Below, one piece after another: positions 1-9,073 of a DNA stretch of 64,000 bases. Position numbers and translations under genes: made by a program. The notes beneath the pieces were generated by a model. It was not told where the DNA came from and ran no database searches. It worked only from the letters and a program-made list of their open reading frames with translations. How positions within the stretch are numbered: position 1 is the stretch's first letter; each line of letters starts with the position of its first letter. The DNA is from Shigella phage KRT47, in the sequence record MN781580. One strand, given 5' to 3'.

Positions 1-36
1 TATACTCTAATAAATTAAAGCATAATCTCTTATAAA

Positions 37-1719
37 TTAAACCATTACAGTAAATCGACCAACTTTCTTCATTTGAAGGTGCTGACCATATGCTTGTGGG
101 TCATGGTCTCTATGCGAAATAACAAAAACATTAGTATTTTTTAAACTATCTAAAATAGTTGAAATAGCTTTTACACCTTCAACATCGGTCGCTGAATCAA
201 AAACTTCGTCAAGAATTAACGTGTTTATTTTAACACCTGAAACTTTTTCAGCAATATCACGCCAAGTAAATAAAAGAGCAATATCAATTCGTGCTTTTTC
301 ACCTTGACTGAATGAAGCATAACTAAAATCTTCACGACCACGGGATTTAATTGTCTCATTAAATTCTTCATCTAATGTAAACACATAATCCGCTTCCATT
401 ATTTTAAGATAATGGTTAATCTGCTTATTAAATAATGGAATGTACTTTTTAATAATAGCACCTTTAATACCAGAATCTTTGAGCATATCAGTCAAAATTC
501 CTCTGTGGTATTTTTCCATTACTAAATTAGTTTTTGTCTTAACAATTTTATCAAGTTCTTCTTGAAGCAGTGCTATTTCATCAGCATGGTCAATAAACTC
601 AGAAGATGCTTTTTCTATAGCCGCTTTAACTTTTTTAGCTTTATCTACTGTCGTGATTAGAGATTGCTTTTTATTGCGAATATCATTTGCCAACGACTGC
701 TGTGTTTTAATATTATCTCTGTATTCATCAACAAGAACTTTTAAATTATCACGATGTGTTGAAAGCTGTTCAAACGAATGCGTACATTCAGAAACTTTAT
801 CTTTAATTTTAGAAACAACTTTATCACCTGAACTTAATTGTGACAAGCAGGTTGGACATAATCCACCTTCGTGATACATATTAATGACTTTATTATACGA
901 GTCAATTTTTGATTTAATTAAAACTGCTTCTTGACCGATTTTATTAAATGCATCAGTCGGGTCTTCATCTAAAACAATATTAACTAATCTTTCGTTAGCT
1001 TCTTCTATTTCCGATTTTAGCGTTCTAGCTTCTTTTGCCAAATCATCATACATATTTTGCAGACGAGTAAGGTTGTCACCAGTTAATTTTTTCTGGCGTT
1101 CAACGTTATCATTATATATTTTAATTTGTTGGATAATACTATCTTTTTTAACATCAAGCACTTGGTTTTGTGAATTTAATTCACGTATTAGCGCTTTATT
1201 AAGCTTATCCATTTCAGCTAATGTTCCTACCTCAAGCAGGTCTTCCACAAGCTTTCTTCGTGCAGGGGTCGACAAACCCATGAAAGGGGTATACCCTGCT
1301 GTACCAAGGACAACAATCTGCTTGAAACTGGCATATGACATTCCGATAAGCTGTTCAAATTCTGCTTGGAAATCTTTACTGCTGGCAGATTCATTAAGAC
1401 GTGTACCGTTAACGGTGATTTCGAAAACGTTTGGTTTTTGTCCTCTTTTGATATAATACTTTTTCTCATCATATTCCATCCACAGTTCAACTAAAAGTTC
1501 TTTCTTATTTGTGCTGTTTATTAATTGACCTTTCTTTACATCACGAAATGGCTTGCCAAAAAGCCCAAATGTGATGGCTTCTAACATAGTAGACTTACCA
1601 CCGCCATTTCGGCCAGTAATAAGAGTTTTTTGAACCTTATCTAATTGAATGTCAATAGGATTTCCACCTACTGACATTATATTTTGATACCTAACTCGGT
1701 TTAGTTTAAAATTCTTCAC
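37..1719 (-). CDS. 46: recombination endonuclease subunit gp46 (SbcC/Rad50-like ATPase)
   Basis: 560 aa; N-terminal Walker A GRNGGGKST; long coiled-coil middle; C-terminal LILDEVFD Walker B-like; same length as T4 gp46. Confidence 0.93.
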   Translation of the reverse strand: MKNFKLNRVRYQNIMSVGGNPIDIQLDKVQKTLITGRNGGGKSTMLEAITFGLFGKPFRDVKKGQLINSTNKKELLVELWMEYDEKKYYIKRGQKPNVFEITVNGTRLNESASSKDFQAEFEQLIGMSYASFKQIVVLGTAGYTPFMGLSTPARRKLVEDLLEVGTLAEMDKLNKALIRELNSQNQVLDVKKDSIIQQIKIYNDNVERQKKLTGDNLTRLQNMYDDLAKEARTLKSEIEEANERLVNIVLDEDPTDAFNKIGQEAVLIKSKIDSYNKVINMYHEGGLCPTCLSQLSSGDKVVSKIKDKVSECTHSFEQLSTHRDNLKVLVDEYRDNIKTQQSLANDIRNKKQSLITTVDKAKKVKAAIEKASSEFIDHADEIALLQEELDKIVKTKTNLVMEKYHRGILTDMLKDSGIKGAIIKKYIPLFNKQINHYLKIMEADYVFTLDEEFNETIKSRGREDFSYASFSQGEKARIDIALLFTWRDIAEKVSGVKINTLILDEVFDSATDVEGVKAISTILDSLKNTNVFVISHRDHDPQAYGQHLQMKKVGRFTVMV

Positions 1720-1979
1720 AAAAGATTCCTTTTAATGTATCTTTTAGACCATTCTATCATATCATCATAATCTAAAAAGTATTCATCAAATTCAGCCATG
1801 CAAACAACACCTTGTACTGTTTTTGATGTAATATAAATTATTCCAACATATCTGGAATCTTCTTCAGTATAATCAATATTTGCTATGAATTCATCATTAA
1901 TGTCAAATGTCGAAAACTTCACAGTATGCATCCTTAATACAAGATACAGCCATATCTCGTAATGATTTAGGTGTGTCAT
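1716..1979 (-). CDS. hypothetical small protein
   Basis: 87-aa ORF between 46 and 47; overlaps next ORF in another frame, true start may be internal Met at 1931. Confidence 0.45.
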   Translation of the reverse strand: MTHLNHYEIWLYLVLRMHTVKFSTFDINDEFIANIDYTEEDSRYVGIIYITSKTVQGVVCMAEFDEYFLDYDDMIEWSKRYIKRNLL

Positions 1980-2166
1980 TATCTAAAATGTTGAAGTTAA
2001 AAGATACAGCCCAGTCAGTGCAGACTGTAACCTTTTTAATACAATTATCTTCAACTTCTAGCGGTTCAAACCAATATTCAATAATTTCTTTATGCCCAAT
2101 ATCATCTTTTACTTCGCATTCAAAATGCTGACTCATCATAACATTTTTAAATTCATCAAAAGTCAT
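1903..2166 (-). CDS. hypothetical small protein
   Basis: 87-aa ORF; stop overlaps start of gp46-proximal ORF, start overlaps gp47 stop (compact operon). Confidence 0.55.
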   Translation of the reverse strand: MTFDEFKNVMMSQHFECEVKDDIGHKEIIEYWFEPLEVEDNCIKKVTVCTDWAVSFNFNILDNDTPKSLRDMAVSCIKDAYCEVFDI

Positions 2167-3182
2167 TGTGTTGCCTCTACATATAGCTGATTCGCATATT
2201 GAATAAGTGCTTCACGGTCAGAATCAGTGATGTCTGGAATTGCATTAATGTATTCTTCCATTAACGTCTGAAGAGATTGAACTTCAACTTCTTCACTGTC
2301 ATCTGACTCGACAGAGTTATCAATTTTTGACACAACTCGTAATGAATGCACAACTTTTTCTAGTTCAGATTCGAACTTCGTCAGATTTTTGTCTACCTCA
2401 GTTACTATAACACGTACTGATAGATTTGTAAAATCTTTATAGTCAATTTTTCCTTTAAATGGATAATGAATTCTACGATGCCAGGTAGTATTGTTTGGAA
2501 TAAATTCCATTCGTTCTGTTTCTGTATCAAACATCCAGAACCCGCGAGGGTCATTCTCGTCACCTGCAGTTAGTGTCCATGGTGTCCCAATATATCTGAC
2601 GTTTGCAGCCTCAGAAATAGTATGGAAGTGACCAGACCACACCTCTTTATAAGTCTTAAGGAAATCAGGTTCAAGACCGTGAGATTTCATTCCTTTATAA
2701 AAATAAAATCCATTCAGTTCCCAGTGACCAACACAAAAAGAAGCAGAAGAAGTTTTTATGTGCTCGAGAATTTCACCAGTATTTTCTTCACACATCCAAG
2801 GAATTAAATCAATTAAACATCCGTCAAAATCTACTGTAGTAGGCTTATCATATACTTTAACATTAGGATATTTAGCCAAAAGCTCAGTAGAGGCATTTGG
2901 AGTTAAAGTATTTTTAAAGTGCATATCATGGTTTCCTACAACAGTATGCAGGGTAATACCAGCATCATCAAGCATTTGAACTATTTCACGAGCGAACTCC
3001 ATAGTTTTATGTGTGATTGCTTTTCGCACATCAAAAATATCACCATATTGAATCCAGGTAGTAATTCCATTTTTCTTAGAATATTCTATTGCTTGTTTAA
3101 TTCCATCTAACTGAATGGATTGAACCCACTCATCATCGGCTTTAACGCCTAAATGCCAATCACCTAAATTTAAAATTTTCAT
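2163..3182 (-). CDS. 47: recombination nuclease subunit gp47 (SbcD/Mre11-like phosphoesterase)
   Basis: 339 aa; N-terminal metallophosphatase motifs (DWHLG, GDIFD, GNHD); length equals T4 gp47. Confidence 0.93.
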   Translation of the reverse strand: MKILNLGDWHLGVKADDEWVQSIQLDGIKQAIEYSKKNGITTWIQYGDIFDVRKAITHKTMEFAREIVQMLDDAGITLHTVVGNHDMHFKNTLTPNASTELLAKYPNVKVYDKPTTVDFDGCLIDLIPWMCEENTGEILEHIKTSSASFCVGHWELNGFYFYKGMKSHGLEPDFLKTYKEVWSGHFHTISEAANVRYIGTPWTLTAGDENDPRGFWMFDTETERMEFIPNNTTWHRRIHYPFKGKIDYKDFTNLSVRVIVTEVDKNLTKFESELEKVVHSLRVVSKIDNSVESDDSEEVEVQSLQTLMEEYINAIPDITDSDREALIQYANQLYVEATQ

Positions 3183-3345
3183 ATATCAAGAACCGTCATT
3201 GAAATGCAAAATAAAATTATTGAAATAAATCCATCTGGAGTGCTAAAGAACCCAATCCAGCATGCTCTAGTGAATAGATAAAATGCAAGAAAAAGTATCA
3301 CATATCCAAGAAATATCATTATATCAAACTCCGTATAAAGCTAAA

Positions 3346-3357
3346 GGGCCGAAGCCC
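3346..3357 (-). terminator. GC stem-loop with UUCG-type loop downstream of a-gt
   Basis: gggccgaagccc palindrome directly 3' of the a-gt stop on the minus strand. Confidence 0.5.
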
Positions 3358-3358
3358 T

Positions 3359-4561
3359 TTATTTTGTAATAATGTCAAACTGTTCTTTAAAGCAGAAGCT
3401 TGAATCTTGATGCTGATACAAAAATTCATATGCTTTTTCTCGCTCACGGTCATAAAGAGTTCGGTCAGATGACAGTTCTTTAATACGTTCAAATGTTGAT
3501 TCCATATCATTTTCATCAAACCAAATGATACCGCTATCATGCGAGGTCAAAGGAGTATTATCAACACGGAATTTTAAATTTTCGCCAGTAGATTTCCAAA
3601 ATACCGGAATTGTTCCACATGCACCAAGCTCGAGATGAGTATATTCTAAAGAACGTTGTAGATATTTTTTATCCAACTTACTCAGCTGATAACCAAATCC
3701 GGATTTACTCATGCGTTCAAGCATTTCGCTATTTACATAACGGTCGAGAATTTGCGTTGGCAAATTAGGAGCAATTTTAATTTGGTCTACTTGATGAAGA
3801 CGATAATACTCGTATGGAATTCCTTTTTCTTTAATAGGAATGAACGCTGGAGAACGTTCCAGACCTTCCATAATAGTACTTAGTCCTGCAGGTTTAAGAT
3901 GTTTTTCGTGAAAATCAAACATCTGATAAAAACCTTTCCATGTAGTCGTACGACCAATCCAACGGTTGATATTCATGTTAATTTCAGAAACATCTTTCCA
4001 GTAGGTTGATCGAACCTTCGCAATATCCATAGGAGGCTGAAAGTTATATATGGTCGGTGCTTCTTCAATATCATCAAACAGAGAAACAGTTTCTGGATAC
4101 CACTCTTTCATCAGAACTTTATTAAAATCACCATTATCAGAATGGCTAAAAATAACATCAGCTCGACGAACAGTTTCTTCTAATCCCAAATTTCGACGCA
4201 AAGAAAGAGAAGAATGGTCATGCTGATAAACTACAACACGAACCGAAGGTTTAATGTTATCAATAATTTTTTTATAGTTATTAATAGTGTCTTCTTCAAC
4301 CGAAGTAGCAGGAACTGAATTGATAATTAGAATATCACAATCATTTACCAGCTTAAGTGTTTTATCATATTCTTTTGCCAATAAAACCGGAATTGAAAAT
4401 GATTTATAATCATGCGCGCAATTACGAGTAAATGATTTATCTTTAGCATAAACCAAAGTCACTTCATGACCATTTTTAATAAACCAATCACGTTGCTCGA
4501 GTGAGAATTTTGTTACACCACAACCTTCAAGACCTCGAGCCATAAAAATACATACTTTCAT
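3359..4561 (-). CDS. a-gt: DNA alpha-glucosyltransferase (glucosylation of hydroxymethylcytosine)
   Basis: 400 aa; N-terminus MKVCIFMARGLEGCGVTKF matches recalled T4 alpha-gt; same length. Confidence 0.88.
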   Translation of the reverse strand: MKVCIFMARGLEGCGVTKFSLEQRDWFIKNGHEVTLVYAKDKSFTRNCAHDYKSFSIPVLLAKEYDKTLKLVNDCDILIINSVPATSVEEDTINNYKKIIDNIKPSVRVVVYQHDHSSLSLRRNLGLEETVRRADVIFSHSDNGDFNKVLMKEWYPETVSLFDDIEEAPTIYNFQPPMDIAKVRSTYWKDVSEINMNINRWIGRTTTWKGFYQMFDFHEKHLKPAGLSTIMEGLERSPAFIPIKEKGIPYEYYRLHQVDQIKIAPNLPTQILDRYVNSEMLERMSKSGFGYQLSKLDKKYLQRSLEYTHLELGACGTIPVFWKSTGENLKFRVDNTPLTSHDSGIIWFDENDMESTFERIKELSSDRTLYDREREKAYEFLYQHQDSSFCFKEQFDIITK

Positions 4562-4585
4562 TTAATATCCTCTTTGTTTTGGTTT

Positions 4586-4611
4586 ATTTTACCAAAAATT
4601 TATAAAGCAAT
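4586..4611 (-). promoter_or_regulatory. candidate MotA-dependent middle promoter for a-gt
   Basis: minus strand reads ATTGCTTTA (MotA-box-like), 11 nt, TAAAAT, about 25 nt upstream of the a-gt ATG. Confidence 0.4.
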
Positions 4612-4614
4612 ATA

Positions 4615-4628
4615 GGAGCCGAAGCTCC
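4615..4628 (-). terminator. GC stem-loop (ggagccgaagctcc)
   Basis: perfect palindrome with cgaa/uucg loop in the intergenic region. Confidence 0.45.
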
Positions 4629-4801
4629 TATCCGCATAATACGCCATACAGAGGCTCGTTAGAACTTTTAAATTTTATGCGCTTATATTTTATAGTTCCT
4701 TCTGCTTTAGCTTTATCATGAGACTCTTTAAAGCGTCTCATCATTTCTACTTTAGAGGAACGAATTTTATTATAATCTATTTCAGAAGTCTGGGTGTTCA
4801 T
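4628..4801 (-). CDS. hypothetical small basic protein (57 aa, below ORF-track cutoff)
   Basis: ATG at 4801 to TAG at 4628 on minus strand, translation MNTQTSEIDYNKIRSSKVEMMRRFKESHDKAKAEGTIKYKRIKFKSSNEPLYGVLCG; fills an otherwise empty 240-nt gap. Confidence 0.35.
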   Translation of the reverse strand: MNTQTSEIDYNKIRSSKVEMMRRFKESHDKAKAEGTIKYKRIKFKSSNEPLYGVLCG

Positions 4802-4804
4802 CTT

Positions 4805-5011
4805 TCATAACTGCCACCATTTTTTGACTTGATAAGAATCAACCCACACTTTCATATTAGGGTCTGCTCTTACAATAGGAGGATTAACTTCTTTAATTGA
4901 ACTATCATGGTATTCTTTTTCAGAAATTTTCACACAAAGATGACCATTCAAAGATTCAGTAAATCCTGCATTAATTTTAAGACGCTTGAATTTTACGTGT
5001 GTAAGCATCAA
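4805..5011 (-). CDS. hypothetical protein
   Basis: 68-aa ORF, minus-strand operon context. Confidence 0.5.
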   Translation of the reverse strand: MMLTHVKFKRLKINAGFTESLNGHLCVKISEKEYHDSSIKEVNPPIVRADPNMKVWVDSYQVKKWWQL

Positions 5012-5294
5012 TCATATCCTCAATTTGCGATCTAGTAGTCTTCCAAAGAATACTGATGAGTTCATCGTTATATGGCTGTTTTAGAATATCCCGACTTTTC
5101 TTGATAGCATATTCGTATTGAGCAAAATTATTATTTTCAGCTGCGATCTGAGCGTGCTTATAAAGACGATTCAGTTCGCGTTTGTTTTTAGACAATAACT
5201 TATTTGCTTTTCTTTCTGCTTCAAGACGGTTCTTTTCTTCAATAGAAGAAATAAGCTTTTCCACTTCATCATTAATTTCGGGTTTATCAGTCAT
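4977..5294 (-). CDS. hypothetical protein (coiled-coil rich)
   Basis: 105-aa ORF, K/E-rich. Confidence 0.6.
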   Translation of the reverse strand: MTDKPEINDEVEKLISSIEEKNRLEAERKANKLLSKNKRELNRLYKHAQIAAENNNFAQYEYAIKKSRDILKQPYNDELISILWKTTRSQIEDMIDAYTRKIQAS

Positions 5295-5295
5295 A

Positions 5296-5514
5296 TTATT
5301 TCTCTAATATAAAATAAAAATCATCATCTGTTAAATGATACCGATAGTTTAATTCTACACCATTAGATTTAAAAGCGGTATCATACGGATTTTCTGGATC
5401 AATATCAATGTCAAGAGCTAAAACTTCCCTGAGATACATTTTAAGTAAATAGGGAATAGCTTCAACTTCAGGTATTTCTTCCAAGAATCCGGAGAGGTTA
5501 ATCGTTAGCCTCAT
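5296..5514 (-). CDS. hypothetical protein
   Basis: 72-aa ORF immediately downstream of gp55. Confidence 0.55.
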
Positions 5515-6055
5515 ATAAAAAATCCAAACTAGGAGAATCGTCTACAACACTTTTCTTTTCAGCCCCCGGTGTTCTATAGGTTGATTCTTCGTAATGCGTC
5601 ATTTTATCATAGATGTCTTGAATAAAAGTTTCATCTACTAACGCAACCATATCGTCGTCACGACTGTCATAGACATTGTGAACGAAGTAACTATATTTCT
5701 TTGCAACTTCCTTACGTTCTTTTTTAATACGTTGGACGAATGCATTAAAACAAGCTTGAGTTATATACGCATGTGGGTTTTTATATTTCGTTTCATCAAA
5801 ATTATGAAGCCCCTTAATAGAAGCTTCTATACCATCTGCAATCATTTCTTGTTTCCAAGACTGGGTGTATCCTGAAAAGTTGAAACGTTTAGATAAGCCT
5901 TCTGCAATAAGCATAATGGCTAATCCGATAGTATCATTCTGACGAACTACTTTATTTGGGTCTTTATTATTTGCTAATTCTGTTTTCCAATCAATAATAG
6001 CTTGTAAAAGCTCTTTATTGTTTACGTAATTATATTTAGGCTTAGTTTCTGACAT
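5498..6055 (-). CDS. 55: late-transcription sigma factor gp55
   Basis: about 185 aa from [20 protein letters not shown]; matches recalled T4 gp55 N-terminus and length. Confidence 0.9.
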
Positions 6056-6133
6056 TTTCACCTCTTAGCTCAATTCATAGATCTATTATATCATAATATT
6101 TGAAGATCTATCTTAAAGCATAGAGGATATCAG

Positions 6134-6403
6134 TTATCTAAGTAAACAGTATGCTTGGAACACTTTCTCCATCATCTTTTTAAATTCATGAATATCTATG
6201 TAATGACTAGTTAAATCAGCATGATATAAAAAGTCTAAAAACTTTTCATGTGTGCTAACATATTCGCTTTCATTTAATTCAGAAACATGGCTTTCCCAAT
6301 ATCCAACACCAGTCTTATTTGGGAAAAATGAAATTTTCATGTATTGGTCAACATAGAAAATGCCATAATTTTCAATAGTAATAGAAATATTAATAAATTT
6401 CAT
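6134..6403 (-). CDS. hypothetical protein
   Basis: 89-aa ORF. Confidence 0.6.
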   Translation of the reverse strand: MKFINISITIENYGIFYVDQYMKISFFPNKTGVGYWESHVSELNESEYVSTHEKFLDFLYHADLTSHYIDIHEFKKMMEKVFQAYCLLR

Positions 6404-6621
6404 ACATTCATCAACTTAGCCGCTCCAAGAGCTGCATCTAGTGAATCAAATTGATCAACATATTCAATCAATTCGCCGTAATTGGCATATAACCACCATT
6501 GGCTAAATTCATACTCAAGGATGAATCCATTTCCTTCAATTTGAGTTAAACCAATGCCATTTGTATTTACTTCATACCCAGCAAGACGTAAATCGTTAAT
6601 AAGAGCTTCGTTCATATTCAT
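6400..6621 (-). CDS. hypothetical protein
   Basis: 73-aa ORF, start/stop overlap with neighbours. Confidence 0.6.
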   Translation of the reverse strand: MNMNEALINDLRLAGYEVNTNGIGLTQIEGNGFILEYEFSQWWLYANYGELIEYVDQFDSLDAALGAAKLMNV

Positions 6622-6944
6622 ACCTTAGCAATTTTCAGGTCAGCAAATTTTTTCTTGCGTTGGTTTTTCATACGACGAATAGTTTTATCGGAAATTTCAT
6701 GCTTTTGATAAGCTTTAGATTCTACACCAAAAGCTTTAACATCAAATTCTGACAAGATATATTGAACCAACAATTCACGGACAGTATTGCGCCCAATTTT
6801 CTGATCATTCTGTTTCATCGTCTGATGAAGCTCTTTTTCCCATTTATCCAAAATTTGAGGAGTTACAATATCGCCTTTTTCTAGCAAAGAAACTACTTTA
6901 TCATATGCATAAGAATTGATGGCGTTTTTAATTTGAATAGTCAT
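6618..6944 (-). CDS. hypothetical protein
   Basis: 108-aa ORF. Confidence 0.65.
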   Translation of the reverse strand: MTIQIKNAINSYAYDKVVSLLEKGDIVTPQILDKWEKELHQTMKQNDQKIGRNTVRELLVQYILSEFDVKAFGVESKAYQKHEISDKTIRRMKNQRKKKFADLKIAKV

Positions 6945-6984
6945 ACATTATCCTCAATTACATTAAAATTTTATTATCCAAAAA

Positions 6985-6996
6985 GGGCCGAAGCCC
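6985..6996 (-). terminator. GC stem-loop (gggccgaagccc)
   Basis: palindrome immediately 3' of the stop of ORF 6997..7197. Confidence 0.5.
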
Positions 6997-7197
6997 TTAG
7001 CTAAACTGTTTGGCACCCTTCCAGCCTTCGTACATCATTGCGGCTGATATTAATATTGCTCCTGCGCATTTTGAATATTTGTGATTCCAAAACCAGTTTA
7101 GAAAAACTTCGTCATCAATACCTTGGGCTATCATATTTTCAAAGAACTGACGACGAGCTTCAGCAATTCGTTGCGATAATTTAGATTCGGGATTCAT
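6997..7197 (-). CDS. hypothetical protein
   Basis: 66-aa ORF. Confidence 0.6.
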   Translation of the reverse strand: MNPESKLSQRIAEARRQFFENMIAQGIDDEVFLNWFWNHKYSKCAGAILISAAMMYEGWKGAKQFS

Positions 7198-7329
7198 TTA
7201 AATTTTCCAGTTACCGTTTTCATCAATAAATTTAATCCAGTCATTTACTGACCACTTAGTCGTATCGCCTTTTGGAGCAACATTTAAAGTGTATAACCCC
7301 TGCTTAAAAAGCATTCGTTTGATATTCAT
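7198..7329 (-). CDS. hypothetical small protein
   Basis: internal Met (MNIKRMLFKQ) preceded by GAGGA; longer ORF-track version overlaps upstream gene. Confidence 0.4.
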   Translation of the reverse strand: MNIKRMLFKQGLYTLNVAPKGDTTKWSVNDWIKFIDENGNWKI

Positions 7330-7336
7330 ATTTTCC

Positions 7337-7669
7337 TCAGCTGTAACGATAACACTCGTTTGATTTACGTTTAGCAACTCGTTGAGAAGTATTATAATCA
7401 AAATCATCGTCAATGTAAACTGATTTTTTCAACTTTCTTACTTCACCACGTAATTGGCGATTTAGCTCATCTTTAACTTCTGAATCAATGCCTTTCATTC
7501 TACGCCATTTATCTGAGCGAAAAATGTTTTCAACCATATCTTTATGACTTACCCCATCAGGGGCTTTACGCTTTCCGAAATAGTCATAATCACGAACTTT
7601 CAAGTCTTTACGACGATACGTTTTACCCATGGAGTTTAATTTCCTTAGCAACTGAACTAAATGCAGCAC
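7337..7669 (-). CDS. hypothetical basic protein
   Basis: 110-aa ORF, K/R-rich. Confidence 0.55.
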   Translation of the reverse strand: MLHLVQLLRKLNSMGKTYRRKDLKVRDYDYFGKRKAPDGVSHKDMVENIFRSDKWRRMKGIDSEVKDELNRQLRGEVRKLKKSVYIDDDFDYNTSQRVAKRKSNECYRYS

Positions 7670-7805
7670 GATCGCAAATCATGCGTTTATGTAACTTGAG
7701 TATAATATAGCAAACTTCAAAACTATTTACATGAGTAACACGAACAGCATTACCATTAATGAGATAATACTGTCCCTTTTTAATTTCTTTATCAACCACA
7801 ACCAT
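7623..7805 (-). CDS. hypothetical small protein
   Basis: 60-aa ORF directly downstream of a GTTTAC-N18-TATTAT promoter and GAGGAA RBS. Confidence 0.55.
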   Translation of the reverse strand: MVVVDKEIKKGQYYLINGNAVRVTHVNSFEVCYIILKLHKRMICDRAAFSSVAKEIKLHG

Positions 7806-7835
7806 ATCAATTCCTCAAAGGTAATTCATGTGTTA

Positions 7836-7865
7836 ATAATACCACGGTTTGAACTTGTTGTAAAC
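7836..7865 (-). promoter_or_regulatory. early (sigma70-type) promoter
   Basis: minus strand GTTTAC, 18 nt, TATTAT, preceded by TTTCACAAAGTT upstream element. Confidence 0.65.
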
Positions 7866-7946
7866 AACTTTGTGAAAATTATTTTAGGGAATGATAAGAA
7901 GGGAACGATAGCTTAGAATGGTAATATACAGAATGTAAGAAAGAAA

Positions 7947-7959
7947 GGCCCAGAGGGCC
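7947..7959 (-). terminator. GC stem-loop (ggcccagagggcc)
   Basis: palindrome just 3' of the nrdH stop. Confidence 0.45.
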
Positions 7960-7963
7960 CGTC

Positions 7964-8272
7964 TTAGTCTTCTATGATATCTCTATCATATCCAAGTGAA
8001 ATGAGAGTTTCTTTGAAGTGTTTAATGTTCTTTTGTCTAGAATCATTAATGAAAATGACTGGATAACGAATGTTAAGAGATGTGAATCCAGCGCGTTTAG
8101 CAAGAGATACAATCAGCGGACGATCATACTCAATCTTACCATTATTTGTAAGAACTTTATAGAAAGTAAAAGGAGCATTGAGCTCCTTTAGAAGTTTTGT
8201 AACTGATTGACATCCAGGACAACGACCTACTTCATCTGGAATTCCATAGACTTCAATCTTATTTTGTTTCAC
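7964..8272 (-). CDS. nrdH: glutaredoxin-like protein (NrdH-type redoxin)
   Basis: 102 aa; CPGC redox motif near N-terminus; next to nrdG/nrdD. Confidence 0.7.
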   Translation of the reverse strand: MKQNKIEVYGIPDEVGRCPGCQSVTKLLKELNAPFTFYKVLTNNGKIEYDRPLIVSLAKRAGFTSLNIRYPVIFINDSRQKNIKHFKETLISLGYDRDIIED

Positions 8273-8274
8273 AA

Positions 8275-8487
8275 CTATTCCTTACTAAGAGCAGCATTCA
8301 GCTTGTTAGTAATTTTATCCAGACGCTTATTGAACTCACTAGAAGATAAGCCCTTTTCTGGAGAAATCAAACTAATCACGAAAAATATAGCAATAAAAGG
8401 AATAAGGAAAATAGCTCCAACTGCCATAAACAGAAAGAATGTTACAGTTGTAAGAAAATCAGCTAAACCTTTACGAAATTTATACAT
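8275..8487 (-). CDS. small membrane protein
   Basis: 70 aa with a central hydrophobic stretch of about 30 residues. Confidence 0.6.
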   Translation of the reverse strand: MYKFRKGLADFLTTVTFFLFMAVGAIFLIPFIAIFFVISLISPEKGLSSSEFNKRLDKITNKLNAALSKE

Positions 8488-8602
8488 ATTTTACCCTTAA
8501 TTGATTAACCAAGCATTGATAAGCACTAAACTATATTGCGAATAAAATTCTGGACCAAAATGAAAAATCATATCATTTATAGTATCCATAATGTAATTCA
8601 AT

Positions 8603-9073
8603 TTAATCATGTGTCCACACCCCATCGGTATTTGACCAAAGTCGCTGATTATCTGATCCTCGCCACAGCTTTTTAGTCGGAAGATTTTTCTCATACTTCC
8701 CATCAATAATAACATCAACATATTTAAGCATTTCTAGTTGTTTAATATCTTCAAACTTATATCCTGTCCACAACCAAATGCTTTTATTGGGATAAAGATT
8801 TTTAATAGTTTGAACCACAGAGTGAATCACGTCTCTGTTATCAGGATAAAGAGGGTCACCTCCGGTTATAGTTAATCCTTCTATATAATCATTATTCAAA
8901 CACTGAATCAGTTTTTCTAATGTCTCTCCGGTGAATGGAACGCCATTTCTAGCGTTCCATGTTGATTTATTATAACACCCTTCACATTTATGCAAACAAC
9001 CTGTAACGAAAAGAACGACCCTGCAACCAGGGCCATTCACAAAATCACAGGGATAAAATCTATCGTAATTCAT
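8603..9073 (-). CDS. nrdG: anaerobic ribonucleotide reductase activating protein (radical SAM)
   Basis: 156 aa; CxxxCxxC cluster (CLHKCEGC); overlaps nrdD stop. Confidence 0.88.
   Translation of the reverse strand: MNYDRFYPCDFVNGPGCRVVLFVTGCLHKCEGCYNKSTWNARNGVPFTGETLEKLIQCLNNDYIEGLTITGGDPLYPDNRDVIHSVVQTIKNLYPNKSIWLWTGYKFEDIKQLEMLKYVDVIIDGKYEKNLPTKKLWRGSDNQRLWSNTDGVWTHD

Noticed and set aside
653-1456. Plus-strand ORFs 653..874 and 1073..1456 and minus-strand ORF 1227..1490
   Set aside because: They lie entirely inside the gp46 coding region on the opposite strand or in another frame, with low-complexity translations; treated as frame artefacts.
2622-3110. Plus-strand ORFs inside gp47
   Set aside because: Antisense to a well-supported gene, no RBS or promoter.
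3319-3540. ORF 3319..3540 on minus strand
   Set aside because: Alternative frame overlapping the 3' end of a-gt; the a-gt frame is the conserved one.
8497-8721. ORF 8497..8721 overlapping nrdG
   Set aside because: Out-of-frame overlap with the radical-SAM activase; no independent support.
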